A DNA stretch of 64,000 bases from the human T2T-CHM13v2.0 reference genome, Homo sapiens. Made by a program: the position numbers and the translations under genes. Each line of letters opens with the position of its first letter. Position 1 is the stretch's first letter. The notes beneath the pieces were generated by a model. It did no database searches and was not told where the DNA came from. It saw only the letters and a program-made list of their open reading frames with translations. This document shows, in pieces, positions 25,208 through 56,524 of the stretch. The stretch lies in the NCBI RefSeq assembly GCF_009914755.1, contig NC_060947.1; one strand, written 5' to 3'.

Positions 25208-27000
25208 GACACCTCTACTCCCTCCTTAGCAACCGATCACGCACCCCTTACCATCCCATTAAAACCTAATCACCCTTACCCTGCTCATCGCCAATATCCC
25301 ATCCCACAGCACGTTTTAAAAGGATTAAAGCCTGTTATCACTCGCCTGCTACAGCATGGGCTTCTAAAACCTATAAACTCTCCTTACAATTCCCCCATTT
25401 TACCTGTCCAAAAACCGGACAAGTCTTACAGGTTAGTTCAGGATCTGCGCCTTATCAACCAAATTGTTTTGCCTATCCACCCCGTGGTGCCAAATCCATA
25501 TACTCTCCTATCCTCAGTACCTCCCTCTACAACCCATTATTCTGTTCTAGATCTCAAACATGCTTTCTTTACTGTTCCCCTGCACCCCTCGTCCCAGCCT
25601 CTCTTTGCCTTCACTTAGACTGACCCTGACACCCATTAGGCTCAGCAAATTACCTGGGCTGTACTGCTGCAAGGCTTCACAGACAGCCCCCATTACTTCA
25701 GTCAAGCCCAAATTTCATCCTCATCTGTTACCTATCTCAGCATAATTCTCATGAAAACACACCTGCTCTCCCTGCTGATCGTATCCGATTAATCTCCCAA
25801 ACCTCGATCCCTTACAAAACAACAATTCCTTTCCTTCCTAGGCTTGGTTAGTGCGGTCAGAATTCTTACACAAGAGCCAGGACCGCACCCTGTAGCCTTT
25901 CTGTCCAAACAACTTGACCTTACTGTTTTAGCCTAGCCCTCATGTCTGCGTGCTGCGGCTGCCGCTGCTTTAATACTTTTAGAGGCCCTAAAAATCACAA
26001 GCTATGCTCAACTCACTCTCTACATTTCTCATAACTTCCAAAATCTATTTTCTTCCTCTATCTGACGCATATACTTTCTGCTCCCCGGCTCCTTCAGCTG
26101 TACTCACTCTTTGTTAGGTCCCACAATTACCATTGTTCCTGGCCCGGACTTCAATCCGGCCTCCCACATTATTCCTGATACCACACCTGACCCCCATGAC
26201 TGTATCTCTCTGATCCACCTGACATTCACCCCATTTCCCCATATTTCCTTCTTTCCTGTTCCTCACCCTGATCACGCTTGATTTACTGATGGCAGTTCCA
26301 CCAGGCCTAATCACCACACACCAGCAAAGGCAGGCTATGCTATAGTACAAGCCACTAGCCCGCCTCCTAGAACCTCTCATTTTCTTTCCATCGTGGAAAT
26401 CTATCCTCAAGGAAATAACTTCTCAGTGTTCCATCTGCTATTCTACTACTCCTCAGGGATTATTCAGGCCCCCTGCCTTCCCTACACATCAAGCTCCAGG
26501 ATTTGCCCCTGCCCAGGACTGGCAAATTAGCTTTACTCAATATGCCCGAGGCAGGAAACTAAAATACCTCTTAGTCTAAGTAGACACTTTCACTGAATAA
26601 GTAAAGGCCTTTCCTACAGGGTCTGAGAAGGCCACCGTAGTCATTTCTTCCCTTCTGTCAGACATAATTCCTCAGTTTGGCCTTCCCACCTCTATACAGT
26701 CCGATAGCAGACCGGCCTTTATTAATCAAATCAGCCAAGCATTTTTTCAGGCTCTTAGTATTCAGTGAAACCTTTATATCCCTTACAGTCCTCAGTCTTC
26801 AGGAAAAGTAGAACAGACTAATGATCTTTTAAAAACACACCTCACCAAGCTCAGCCACCAACTTAAAAAGGACTGGACAATACTTTTACCACTTTCCCTT
26901 CTCAGAAGTCAGACCTGTCCTCAGAATGCTACAAGGTACAGCCCATTTGAGCTCCTGTATAGACACTCCTTTTTATTAGGCCCCAGTCTCATCCAGACAC
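25208..27000 (+). pseudogene. pol: HERV-H pol remnant (RT, RNase H, integrase), deleted and frameshifted
   Basis: SPYNSPILPVQKPDKSYRLVQDLRLIN and YSVLDLKHAFF (RT); FTDGSS (RNase H ~26281); IQSDSRPAF and PQSSGKVE (IN). Confidence 0.9.
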
Positions 27001-27059
27001 CAGACCAACTTAGACTGTGCCCCCAAAAAACTTGTCATCCCTACTATCTTCTGTCTAGT

Positions 27060-27430
27060 CATACTCCTATTCACCGTTCTCAACTACTCATACATGCCCT
27101 GATCTTGTTTACACTGCTGTTTCTCCAAGCCATCGCAGCTGATATCTCCTGGTGCTATCCCCAAACTGCCACTCTAAACTCTTGAAGTAAATAAATAATC
27201 TTTGCTGGCAGGACTATGCTGAATCTCCTTAGGCACTCTCTAATCAGATGTCCTGGGTCCTCCCAATTCTTAGACCTTTTATACCTGTTTTTCTCCTTCT
27301 CTTATTCCATTTAGTTTTTCAATTCATACAAAACCGTATCCAGGCCATCACCAATAATTCTACACGACAAATGTTTCTTCTAACAACCCCACAATATCAC
27401 CCCTTACCACAAAATCTTCCTTCAGCTTAA
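27060..27430 (+). pseudogene. env: HERV-H env remnant (TM/cytoplasmic tail)
   Basis: ORF 27248-27430 MSWVLPILRPFIPVFLLLLF...QFIQNRIQAITN. Confidence 0.8.
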
Positions 27431-27591
27431 TCTCTCCCACTCTAGGTTCCCACGCCGCCCCTAATCCCGCTCAAAGGAGCCCTGAGAAACATTGCCCATT
27501 GTCTCTCCATACCATCCCCCAAAATTTTCGCTGTCCCAAGACTTTACCACTATTTCATTTTATTTTTCTTATTAATATAAGAAGACAGGAA

Positions 27592-28003
27592 TGTCAGGCC
27601 TCTGAGCCCAAACTAAGCCATCATATCCCCTGTGACCTGCACGTACACACACAGATGGCCAGTTCCTGCCTTAACTGATGACATTCCACCACAAAAGAAG
27701 TGAAAATGGCCTGTTCCTGCCTTAACTGATGACATTGTCTTGTGAAATTCCTTTTCCTGGCTCATCCTGGCTCAAAAAGCTTCCCTACTGAGCACCTTAT
27801 GATCCCCACTCTGCCCGCCAGAGAACAACTCCCCTTTGACTATAATTTTCCTTTATCTACCCAAATCCTATAAAACGGCCCCACCCTTGTCTCCCTTCCC
27901 TGACTATTTTCGGACTCAGCCCGCCTGCACCCAGGTGAAATAAACAGCCATGTTGCTCACACAAAGCCTGTTTGGTGGTCTCTTCACACGGACGTGCATG
28001 AAA
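27592..28003 (+). promoter_or_regulatory. HERV-H 3' LTR (LTR7), preceded by PPT aagaagacaggaa
   Basis: Direct repeat of 22262-22685. Confidence 0.95.
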
Positions 28004-28700
28004 CTCTCTACCCAGGTTCCCTGGGAGTTCTACTCTATGTTCTGACCTAGACATTAGGTCTTACGTGTTGAGGGGAAGGCCGCTATTGCTAATTAGTGGA
28101 GCTCTAAGATAAGGGTCCACATAACTCTTAAACTTGACAGACACAACCCTTCTTGAATGTACACAAATACAGGAATGACTATAAATGCTAATCAGATGGA
28201 TCGCAGGATTTTGTCTCATGGTTTCATTATTTAATATTGGTACAGAAATATTTTCCAGTGTCATGAAATGGCAATGGCTTAAGACCGTGTCCTATGACTT
28301 TGCTGTGTATGTGTCTTATTGTTTTTCCGTTAGGATTCAATCCTATATTTTCTCATTAGTAGAAAAGACGTGGAATTTGCAAAGAAGTAAAAAGAAACTA
28401 TGTGCTGATCAAAAGAAAAGCAATGTCATAAAACTGTGTATTAAATACTGATAACTTTTTCCATATTTTGTCCCACTTTCAATACATAGATAAAAGTTCT
28501 ACATATATGTATGCAAACACTACAATAAATTTACATTTAAATTGGATTTAGCTATACGTCATGTTTTAGAGTGAACATTTTCACATGTGATTCTTGAACA
28601 GTTTTTGACATTGTTATAAAAAAATTTGCAATATCTGGATTTTAAACAATAAAATATTTGCAAAGAATTACTTGATTGAACAAGTCGTTAAGAAGTTCTT

Positions 28701-29990
<1,290 letters not shown>

Positions 29991-30449
29991 GTCATTTTAA
30001 AACTGTGTATACATACAGACAGATATGATGCAGATACACAGTCCCACACACATTTTACTTTCAATATAATTCAATGCATACTGTTTGCAATTTTGTACAA
30101 AATCTTTAGAACACCTTATAATATCTGCATGAATCCATATCAATATATACTTTTGAGGGCTTGAGATTTTTGGATTTTACTCTAGAAGAACTTTAAGAAA
30201 TTATAATTCAAAAAGTATATGGTAGGTCAAACATAGTGAGACGAAGTAATTTAAAATGTCTGGGCCATATATTATCATCTGTTGACGATGCACATATAAT
30301 ATGAACTTATAAGCCAATGTTCAAATTATCCTGTAGTGTAACTATTAAAACAAGTTATCTTCACTTACAAATTAAGTACTTTTCAAATATAATAATTAAT
30401 TATTCTTGGAAATAATAATAGGTTTTAAAATATTGGCACTTTTTAGAAC

Positions 30450-38302
<7,853 letters not shown>

Positions 38303-38918
38303 TGAGGCAGGAGAATAGGGCCTGGAGGCAGGGGACCTAAGGCTGTTTTACGCTGACTTCCTAGAACTAAATTGAAAGGAAAACCCTCACTTTCAACGCC
38401 TAAGTAACAAAAGGACCAGAGGCTACTCCCTTTGACCTTTTCTGCACTACAGATGGAAAATTGGCTGTGGCAACAAATTAGGCTGACTTCTGGCCTAGTC
38501 TTCGTTTGCATACAAGTATAACTTTGTTAACTTCACCCTAGCCTCTGATTGGTTGCTTTTTGCAACCAATCAGATATTTGCACAGGAGTGTGACCTTTGT
38601 AACTTCAGTTTAGCCTCTGGTTGTCTCCTTTCTGCAACCAATCAGATTTATTTCGGGCGACCACTCCACTTACATGAGGTGGCCAATGGGAAACTTCTAG
38701 GGGGTATTTGAACCAAAGAAGATTCTGTATCCAGGCCCTTGAGCCTCTGCTGAGGCCATCTCCCACAGTGTGGAGTGTACTTTCGTTTTCAGTAAACCCT
38801 TGCTTTCATTCTTTTGTTACTTCATTCTTGCTTTGCTTTGCTGGGCATTTTATGCAATTATTTGTTCAAAACGCCAAGAACCTGGACAACTTGCAATCCT
38901 GACCCTCTACGGGTCACA
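38303..38918 (+). mobile_element. MER51-like LTR abutting and truncating the left arm of palindrome copy 2
   Basis: tgaggcaggagaatagggcctggaggcaggggacctaagg...; multiple CCAAT boxes; AGTAAA signal; ends ca at 38918. Confidence 0.8.
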
Positions 38919-40374
<1,456 letters not shown>

Positions 40375-43026
40375 TCAAAAAAAAAAAAAGAGAGAGAGAG
40401 AGAAAAGGGCTAAAAGCTTGAAAGCTTGGAAAAGAACTCCAGCAAAAAATTTAAAAATCCCAGAGGTCTTCGCCCTGGCTCCCCTGTCAGGCATCCAGGG
40501 AATTCTTCCTATTCTAAGAGCCTTATGTGGTACATCATAGGCAACAATTTGGCATGAGCCATTAGAGGAGAAACCAGGTGACGCTCCTTACTGCATGCCA
40601 TATATACTCCAAATGCCATGATACTCATAGAACATATGTTCAATTCATATCAAGGTGGCTCAGGGTTTCATCTCATGGTCTCATCATTTAACATCAAAAC
40701 ACAGCATGTGCCCGTGCCATTACATATTCTTCAAGTATTCCCTGAGACTTTATGGGGTGTGTGTTTGTGTTCGTGTTTGTGTGTGTCTCTGAGAGTTTTA
40801 TAATTGGTCTTTTAAGTATAAGGATTACAGTATTCTCCAACTAGTAAATTAAAGAATAATGCTTGACAAAGATTAAGAAAAATCCATGTATTAACACAGA
40901 AAACCGCTACCATACAACTTGTCAAGGTAACTCATGAACTTATGGATTATTTCCATGCATCTTTCAAAATGTGCATACATTAACTTCATGCAAAAAAATA
41001 AATCTGTGTAAAAAGTGGATTACTGTGTACATAGTGGTTTGGATCAGACCAAATGTGTATTTTAATGAAACTTTCAGATGCATGAATTAATTCAAATGTC
41101 ACCAGTACTAAGTCTTATATGTCAACATTTCATGCCTTCAATATAAATAAAGGTAAATCTTAACATACAGCCTCAGGAAAATTACTTTAGTAAAGTAGAC
41201 AATATCAGCTCTTTGATTTTTTACAGCTACATCACTACACATTTCTAAAAAAAAGTTCATGAAGAGACAAAGACATCAGAAATTATGGCTACCTAACATT
41301 TTGCTCAATTTGTGTAAACAATTTCCACTCTTAACCATTTGCTTTTGGTTTCCATTGGATATTAACCTGAGATGTAATCCATGCACCCTCATCAAGCATC
41401 TCATCTTTTTAAGAACTCAGTTTCTGCACAACCAAATCTTCCCATTTCTACTCTTTTTCACTCTGCATCATATCTGCAGTATTTTATTGTGATATCAAAT
41501 AGTCTTGTAGTAATGGGGAGAGACCTTAGGTTTCCATGCCTAAGGAGAGAAGAAAAAAAAAAGCTCACCTCTAAAGGCTTGGAGAAGAGCAAATCTAGGC
41601 ACCAGGCCACGTGGTTCTTGTCCTGATTCCCTACTCAGGTTCCCCGGGAATTTTACTCCATGTTCTAATCTAGTCAGTAGGCCTTATACATTGAGGGGGA
41701 GGATGCTATTTAGTGGGGCACTAACATAAGGGTACGGATAGCTCTCAAGCCTGACAAGACACACACAGCCCTACTTGAATAGACACAAACACAGGAATGA
41801 CTGTAAATACTAATCAGATTGATCACAGGATTTTGTCTCATAGTTTCATTATTTAACACTGAATTAGAAATATTTTCCAGTGTCATTAAATGGCTGTCAC
41901 TTAGGACTGTGCCCTATGACTTTCTTGTGTATGTGTCTTATTGTTTTTCAGTTGGGAATCAGTCCTATATTTTCTCATTAGTAACAAAGACATGGAATTT
42001 GCAAAGAAGTTAAAAATAACCATGTGCTGATCAAGAGAAAAGCAATGTCATAAAACTGTATTAAACAATGATCATTGTTTCCATATTTCCTCTCATTTTT
42101 TCAACACTCAGATAAAAAGTTCTATATATACAGTCAAACACCACAATAAATTTACATTTTACTTGAATTTAGATATATAAATAAAGTTGAAGAATTAAAA
42201 GTTTCACATCTGATTCCTGAGGTTTTTTTATTCTCATAAGAAAGTTGCAATATCTGAATTTTAGACAATAAAATATTTGCAAAAACTTCTTGATTGGACT
42301 ATTCATCAAAACATAAGTTCTCCATTTTCACTTTTATATCTAAAATATATGTATATTTATACACACATAAAATAGAAACACGTTTATATACAATAGAAAC
42401 ATATGTATTATACATACTTATACCTAGAAAATTAGGATGTTTAATTCTTCTCAAATTTTTATTCTTAATTCTTTCCTTAAAATTTTATCTTTGAAACCTC
42501 AAAAGAAAGATAGCAAAATTCAATAAATGATAGTTGAAATAGGCATCTCTCACATTCAGTCACCTGGAGGTGTAACCTAAGAAAACTGTAAGATGGATGC
42601 ATTCACACAACTCACATGCAGCTAGAATGCTTTATTACTGTCTCTGTTTATATAATGACAAATTAAAGTTTTGAATTTGTTGGCCAAAAATACCATCTTC
42701 AAACGTATACTCATTATAACACCTACCATGATTAAATATATATAGCATTGGCCGGGCCCAGTGGCTCACTACTGTAATCCCAACACTATGGGAGGCCAAG
42801 GCAGGAGGATAGCTTGAGCCCAGGAGTTCAAGACCATTCCTGGCAATGTAGTGAGACCCCGTATCTACAAAAAATACAACAAATAACCAGGCATGGTGGC
42901 GTGCAACAGAAGCCCCAGCTATGTAGGAGGCGGAGATGGGACGACCACCTGAGTCCAGGGAGGTTGATTCTGCAGTGACCCATGATCATGCCATTGCACT
43001 CTCACCTGGGCAACAATGAGACACTG

Positions 43027-43082
<56 letters not shown>

Positions 43083-44014
43083 TTTTAATATTGTTATATA
43101 CCTACAGACAGATATAAATACACACACACTCAACACAGTTTAAATATAATTGGATGTATACTGTTTGAAATTTGTACAAAATCTTCAGCATTGTCTTATA
43201 TGCCTTGAATATATCTACATCCATATGTACTTTTGAGTGCTTGGAATTTTTTTATATTTTACTCTAGAAGAACTTTAAGATATTACAAAGCAGAAAACAT
43301 GCTGGGTCTCATATAGTGAGAAGAAATAATGACTTTTAAAATGTCTGTGCTAGGTATTATCATCTGTTCACTCTGCACATATAATATGGACTTTTATAAC
43401 CTAATGTTCAAATTCCCCTATAGTACAACTGTTTTTGTTTTTTAATGTTGGATATGGGGTTTCCCTATGTTGACCAGTTTGATCTCGAAATCCTGGCCTC
43501 AAGCAATCCTCCCATGTCAGCCTCCCAAAGTGCTAGGATTACAGGCATGAGGCACCAAGCCCAGCCACCTCGTAGTATAACTGTTAAAACAAGATTTCTT
43601 CACTGATAACTTGAGTACTTTTCAAATATAATTATTCATGGAAATAATGACAGGTTTAAAATTATTGGCACTTTTTAAAACTGAGTTGGTAAAATTCATA
43701 TAACATAAAATTAACCATTAAAATGTGTGAAATTCAGTGGCATTTAGTACTTTCACAATGCAGTGCAAGCACTATCTCTATCTATTGGCAAAGCACTTTC
43801 ATTACCACAAAAGAAAACCCTGGACCCATTAAGCATTCCCCATTCCACTCTCTGCCCAGCCCCTGGCAAACACTCATCTACTTTCCCTCACTACTGATCA
43901 TCACAATAAGTGGTCTTTTCCAAAGTCTTGCTTTTTTCACTTAGCGCGTTTCAAATTTCATGCATTGGTTATCTATCTTATTGACATCTACCTCTTGGAT
44001 ATGGATCTTCGCTA

Positions 44015-45400
44015 TTGTACCTTCATCCACCCAATTTATCACCTGAAGGAGACAATTTGATGCCATGGAACTTGCTGGACCTGCAACTGTGTGAAGTAAA
44101 TCATACCCAGATAGACTCAGTGAGGAGTATATTTAATTTCTGAAAGAACAAAATTCCTGATAAGCACGGGTGGTTTAAGCTGAATTTTGTTTTTAGTTGG
44201 AAAAACAAAACAAAACCAAAAAAAAATCAACAGTTAAGACCAGGTTGCACCAAACTGGACAAATCTCCAGGCAGCTATGTTTGGTGGCGCCTTTATCTCT
44301 GGTTTGCTTATTTCATAGACGAAGGGCAAGAGAAAGGCCTCAAACATAGGGCTTCCCTGAAAATGTGCAACACTACTACTACCGTGAGGAAATCGCTTAA
44401 AGACATAATACTCCACTAGAGCCTCCTTCCCAGGAAGCCTCGCTGTGGGGAAAGGCTGATCTGTTGGGAGGTGGGAGAGGCTTGGCCTCCAGGCGAGGTC
44501 TTCTTGCCTTCTCCTCTAACGCCTGAAGAGTGACATAGACATTGGTGGTATCTTGGTGTAGAACCCGGAGAGTGAGGGGCTTGGAGTGAACCAGCAGCTG
44601 CCAGGCGGTCCTGGCACAGGAAGTCGTGGGTCGGGGCCTCAGTTCCTCCTGGTGTGGGCAGGACTGCAGGAACCCACTCAAACACACATTGAGGCTTTTG
44701 TAGGCATCTGTCTCTTCTTCCTGTCCCTTGGAGCAAGAGTCAGCAAGCTTTCTGATGTTGGCATCTTGCTATGGGTCTTTGGGTCTCTGTGACCAAACAA
44801 CAGGTTTATTCAAAGGGAAGTTTACAGGATTTGTTATTAGAAGCTTCACACTCCAGGTTCTATAGCAAGATATTGCCAATGTCCAGGTCTCTTTTAAGGC
44901 CTTAGACAAGTAGGCAAGGACGCCCAGCATGGAGGCCAAGCCTCTTTCACCTCTTACCAGACCACACCTACCCCAACAGGTAGTGCTCAGAGAACTCTGT
45001 AATGGCGTTAAACGACTATAATTCGTTAAACGTCTTCCTCGTGATGGCAGTAGTGCTCCAGATATGCCAAGAAGTCCTGTTACGTAGCCCTCTTCTCCCG
45101 CCCTTCCTGTCTGAAAAAACGCCACACATAGACAAAGAGCCACCAAACATGGATGTCTTCTATTTTGCCCAGTTTGGAGCCAGCTGGTCTTACTGCTGTG
45201 CTTTTTCTTTTTGTTTTCCACTTGAAATCAAACCAAGGCCTAAACCAACCACCCTCATCAGGAATTTTGTTCTTTAAGAAATTATTCTACTGACCTAGTC
45301 TGTGTGGGTTTCATTTACTTCAGAGTTACAGGTCCAATAATTTCCGTGGCATCAAACTGTCTTTTTCAGGGGATAGCTTCAGTGTATGAACGCACAAAAA
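44015..45400. repeat. Palindrome copy 3 (arms ~44015-44582 and ~44838-45400, no insertions)
   Basis: gaggcttggcctcc/ggaggccaagcctc; gaacaaaattcctga/tcaggaattttgttc; taagaccag/ctggtctta; tttgatgccatggaa/ttccgtggcatcaaa. Confidence 0.95.
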
Positions 45401-46882
45401 GGAGAAAAGGGCTGAAAGCTTGGAAAGGAACTCCAGCAACAATTTAAAAATCCCAGAGATCTTGGCCCTGGCTCCCCTGTCAGGCATCCAGGGAATTCTT
45501 CCTATTCTAAGAGCCTTATGTGGTACATCGTAGGCAACAATTTGGCATGAGCCATTAGAGGAGAAACCAGGTGACGCTCTTTATTGCATGCCATGTATAC
45601 TCCACATGGCATGATACTCATAGTACATATGCTCAATTCCTGTCAAGGTGACTCAGAGTTTCAACTCATGGTCTCATCATTTAACATCAAAACACAGCAT
45701 GTGCCCATGCCACTACATATTCTTCAAGTATTCCCTGAGACTTTATGGGCTGTGTGTGGTTGTGTTTGTGTGTGTCTCTGAGAGTTTTATAATGTCTTTT
45801 AGGTATAAGAATTAACTAGTAAATTAAAGAATAATGCTTGACAAAGATTAAGAAAAATCCATGTATTAATAATGAAGAAAACCACTACCATACAACTAGT
45901 CAAGGCAACTTAAGAACTTTTGGATTATTTCCAGGAATATCTTTAAATATGTACATACATTGTTAATTTCATGAAAAAATAAATCTGTATTGAAAGTGGA
46001 TTACTGTGTACACTGTGGTTTGGATCAGATCAAGTGTGCATTTTAACAAACCTTTGAGGAGGGTGAATTCATTTGAATGTCACCAGTACGAAGTCTTATA
46101 TGTCAACATTTCATGCCTTCAATATGAGTAAAGGTAAACCTTAAAATAGGGCCTCACGAATATTACTTTAGAAAAGTAGACACTTATCATCTTTTTGTTT
46201 GAATTTTTAAAGATGCATTACTATACGTTTCAAAACAAAACGCCATGAAGAGACAAAGACAACAGAAACTACGGATACCTAATATTTTGCTCAATATGTG
46301 TAACCATTTTCCACTCTTAACCATTTGCTTTTGGCTTCCATTGGATATTGAACTGAGATGAGATCCACTCACCCTCAACAAGCATCTCCTCTTTTTAAGA
46401 ACTCAGTTTCTGCACAACCAAATCTCCCCACTTCTACTCTTTTTCATTCAGCATCCTATCAGCAGTGTTTTATTATGATAACAAATAGTCTTGTTGTATT
46501 GGGAACAGACCTTAAGGATCCATGCCTAAGAAAGAATTAAAAATAAAGCTTACCCCCAAGGTCTTGGAGAAGAGCAAATCTAGGCACTGGGCCACGTGGT
46601 TGTTGTCCTTACTCCCTCCCCAGGTTCCCTGGGAGTTTTACTCCATGTTCTGACCTAGTCATTAGGCCTTATATGTTGAGCGGGAGGCCACTATTTAGAG
46701 GGGCTATAACATAAGTGCCCATGTAACTCTTAAACCTGACAAGACACACACAGCCCTGTTTGAATGGACACAAACGAATGACTATAAATGCTAATCAGAT
46801 GGATCACAGGATTTTGTCTCATGGTTTCATTATTCAACATTGGAACAGAAATATTTTCCAATGTCATTAAAAGACTATGACT

Positions 46883-49757
<2,875 letters not shown>

Positions 49758-50123
49758 CCATGTACTATAGCTGTTAAAACAAGTTTGTTTCACTGATAAC
49801 TGGAGTACTTTTCAAATATAATTAATAATTCATGGAAATAATGATAGCTTTAAAAGTATTGGCACTTTTAAAAACTGAGTTTGTAAACTTCATATAACAT
49901 AAAATTAACCATTAAAATGTATTAATTTCAATGGCATTTAGGACACTCACAATGCAGTGCAAGCATTACCACTATGTAGTGGCAAATCATTTTCACTACC
50001 ACAAAAGAAAATCCTGGACCCATTAGTTAGTCATTCCCCATTCCACTCTCTGCCCAGCCCCTGGCAAACACTCATCTGATTTCCCTCACTACTGATCATC
50101 ACAACAAGTGGCCTTGTTCATCT

Positions 50124-50997
<874 letters not shown>

Positions 50998-51089
50998 GTA
51001 CTGCTTCTTTCACTTAGCGCTTCAAACTTCATGAATTGGTTTTCTATCTCTTTGATATCTGTCTCTTAGATATCTATCTCTTAGATATC

Positions 51090-52352
51090 TTTCTTTGTTT
51101 TTGTACCTTCATCCATCCAATGTATCACCTGAAGGAGACAATTTGATACCATGGAACTTCCAGGCCTTGTAACTGTGTGAGGTAAATCATACCCAGATAG
51201 CTTCAGTGAGGAGTATATTTAATTTCTGAAACAACAGGATTCTTGAGAAGCATGGGTGGTTTAGGCCTCATTTTGCTTTCAGATGGAAAAAAAAAAAAAG
51301 TAAAAATTCAACAGTAAGACCAGGTTGCACCAAACTGGACAAATCTCCAGGTAGCCATATTGGGTGGCATCTTTGTCTCTGGGTGGCGTTTTTTCAGACG
51401 GGAAGGGCGGGAGTAAAGGGCTCCAAGATAGGGATTCCTTAATAATGTGAAGCACGACTGCCACCGTGAGGAAATCCTTTGAAGACACAATACGCCATTA
51501 CAGCGTCCTTCCCAGAAAGACTTGCTGTGGGGGGAAGTCTGAACTGTGGGAGGTGGCAGACGCTTGGGCTCCAGGCTAGGTCTTCTAGCTTTCTCCTCTA
51601 AGACCTGAAGAGAGGCCTTAACATTGGTAGTAGCTTGGTGTAGAACCAGGAGAGTGAGGGGCTTGTAGTGAACCAGCAGCTGCCAGGCGATCCTGGCACA
51701 GGAAGACGTAGGGCGGGGCCTCGGTTCCTCCAAGTGTGGGCAGGACTGAAGGCACCCATTCAAACACACATGGAGGCTCTTGTGGGCATCTGTCTCTTCT
51801 TCCTGTCCCTTGGAGCAAGAGTCAGCAGGCTTTCTCGAACTAGCATCTTGCTACGGGTCTTTGGGTCTCTGGTAGCACCAGTACCGCGCACAAACAACAG
51901 GTTTATTCCAGGGAAGTTTACAGGATTTGGTATTAGAACCTTCACACTCCAGGTTCTATACCAAGACACCGCCAAAGTCCTGGTGTCCTTTAAGGCCTTA
52001 GACGAGAAGGCTAGGACTCCCAGCATGGAGCAAGCCTTTTCCACCTCCCCACAGAGAACTTCCCCAACAAGTAGTCCTCAGGAGAACACCGTAATGGCGT
52101 AGGGATTTGTTAAACAACATCCTCGCGATGGCAGTAGTGCTTCAGGTATGGGACGAAGCACTGTTCCAGAGCCCTCTTTTCCCGCCCCTCCTGTCTGAAA
52201 AAACGCCACCTATAGACAAAGGCCCTGCAGAATGGGTGCCTTACATTTAGCCCAGTTTGCAGCCAGCTAGTCTTACTGCTGAGCTTTTTCTTTTGGTTTC
52301 CAGTTCAAATGAAACCAAGGCCTAAACCACCCGCCCTCATCAGGAATCTTGA
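51090..52352. repeat. Palindrome copy 4 (left ~51090-51665; right ~51930-52352, distal part deleted)
   Basis: tttgtctctgggtggcgttttttcagacgggaagggcggga vs tcccgcccctcctgtctgaaaaaacgccacctatagacaaa. Confidence 0.93.
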
Positions 52353-52407
52353 TCTGTGTTAAAAGTGGATTACTGTGTACACTGTGATTTGGATCACACC
52401 AAGTGTA

Positions 52408-56085
<3,678 letters not shown>

Positions 56086-56524
56086 ACCCAGTAGTATAAC
56101 TGTTATAAACAAGTTTTCTTCACTGATAATTTGAGCACTTTTCTAATATAATTAATTATCCATAGAAATAATGATAGGTTTAAAAGTATTGGCACTTTTT
56201 AGAACTGAGTTTGTAAAATTCATATAACATAAAATTAGCCATTAAAATGTGTGAAATTGAGTGGCATTTAGTACATTCAAGATGCCGTGCAAGCATTACC
56301 ACTACATAGTGGCAAATCATTTTCATTACCACAAAACAAAACCCCGGACCCATTAAGCAGTCATTCCGCATTGGGCTCTCTCTCTGCCCAGTCCCTGACA
56401 AACACTCATCTGCTTTCCCTCACTACTGATCATAACAAGTGGCCGTTTTCAACTTCCTTCTTTCACTTAGCTTGTTTCAAATTTCATGTATTGGTTATCT
56501 ATCTCTTTGATATCTACCTTTGTT

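Larger units (their letters stand above)
22262..28003 (+). mobile_element. HERV-H provirus (LTR7-HERVH-int-LTR7), ~5.7 kb deleted form
   Basis: Two LTRs starting tgtcaggcctctgagcccaa; His-type PBS; PPT; gag/pro/pol/env remnants; 5-bp TSD ccctc/ctctc. Confidence 0.97.
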
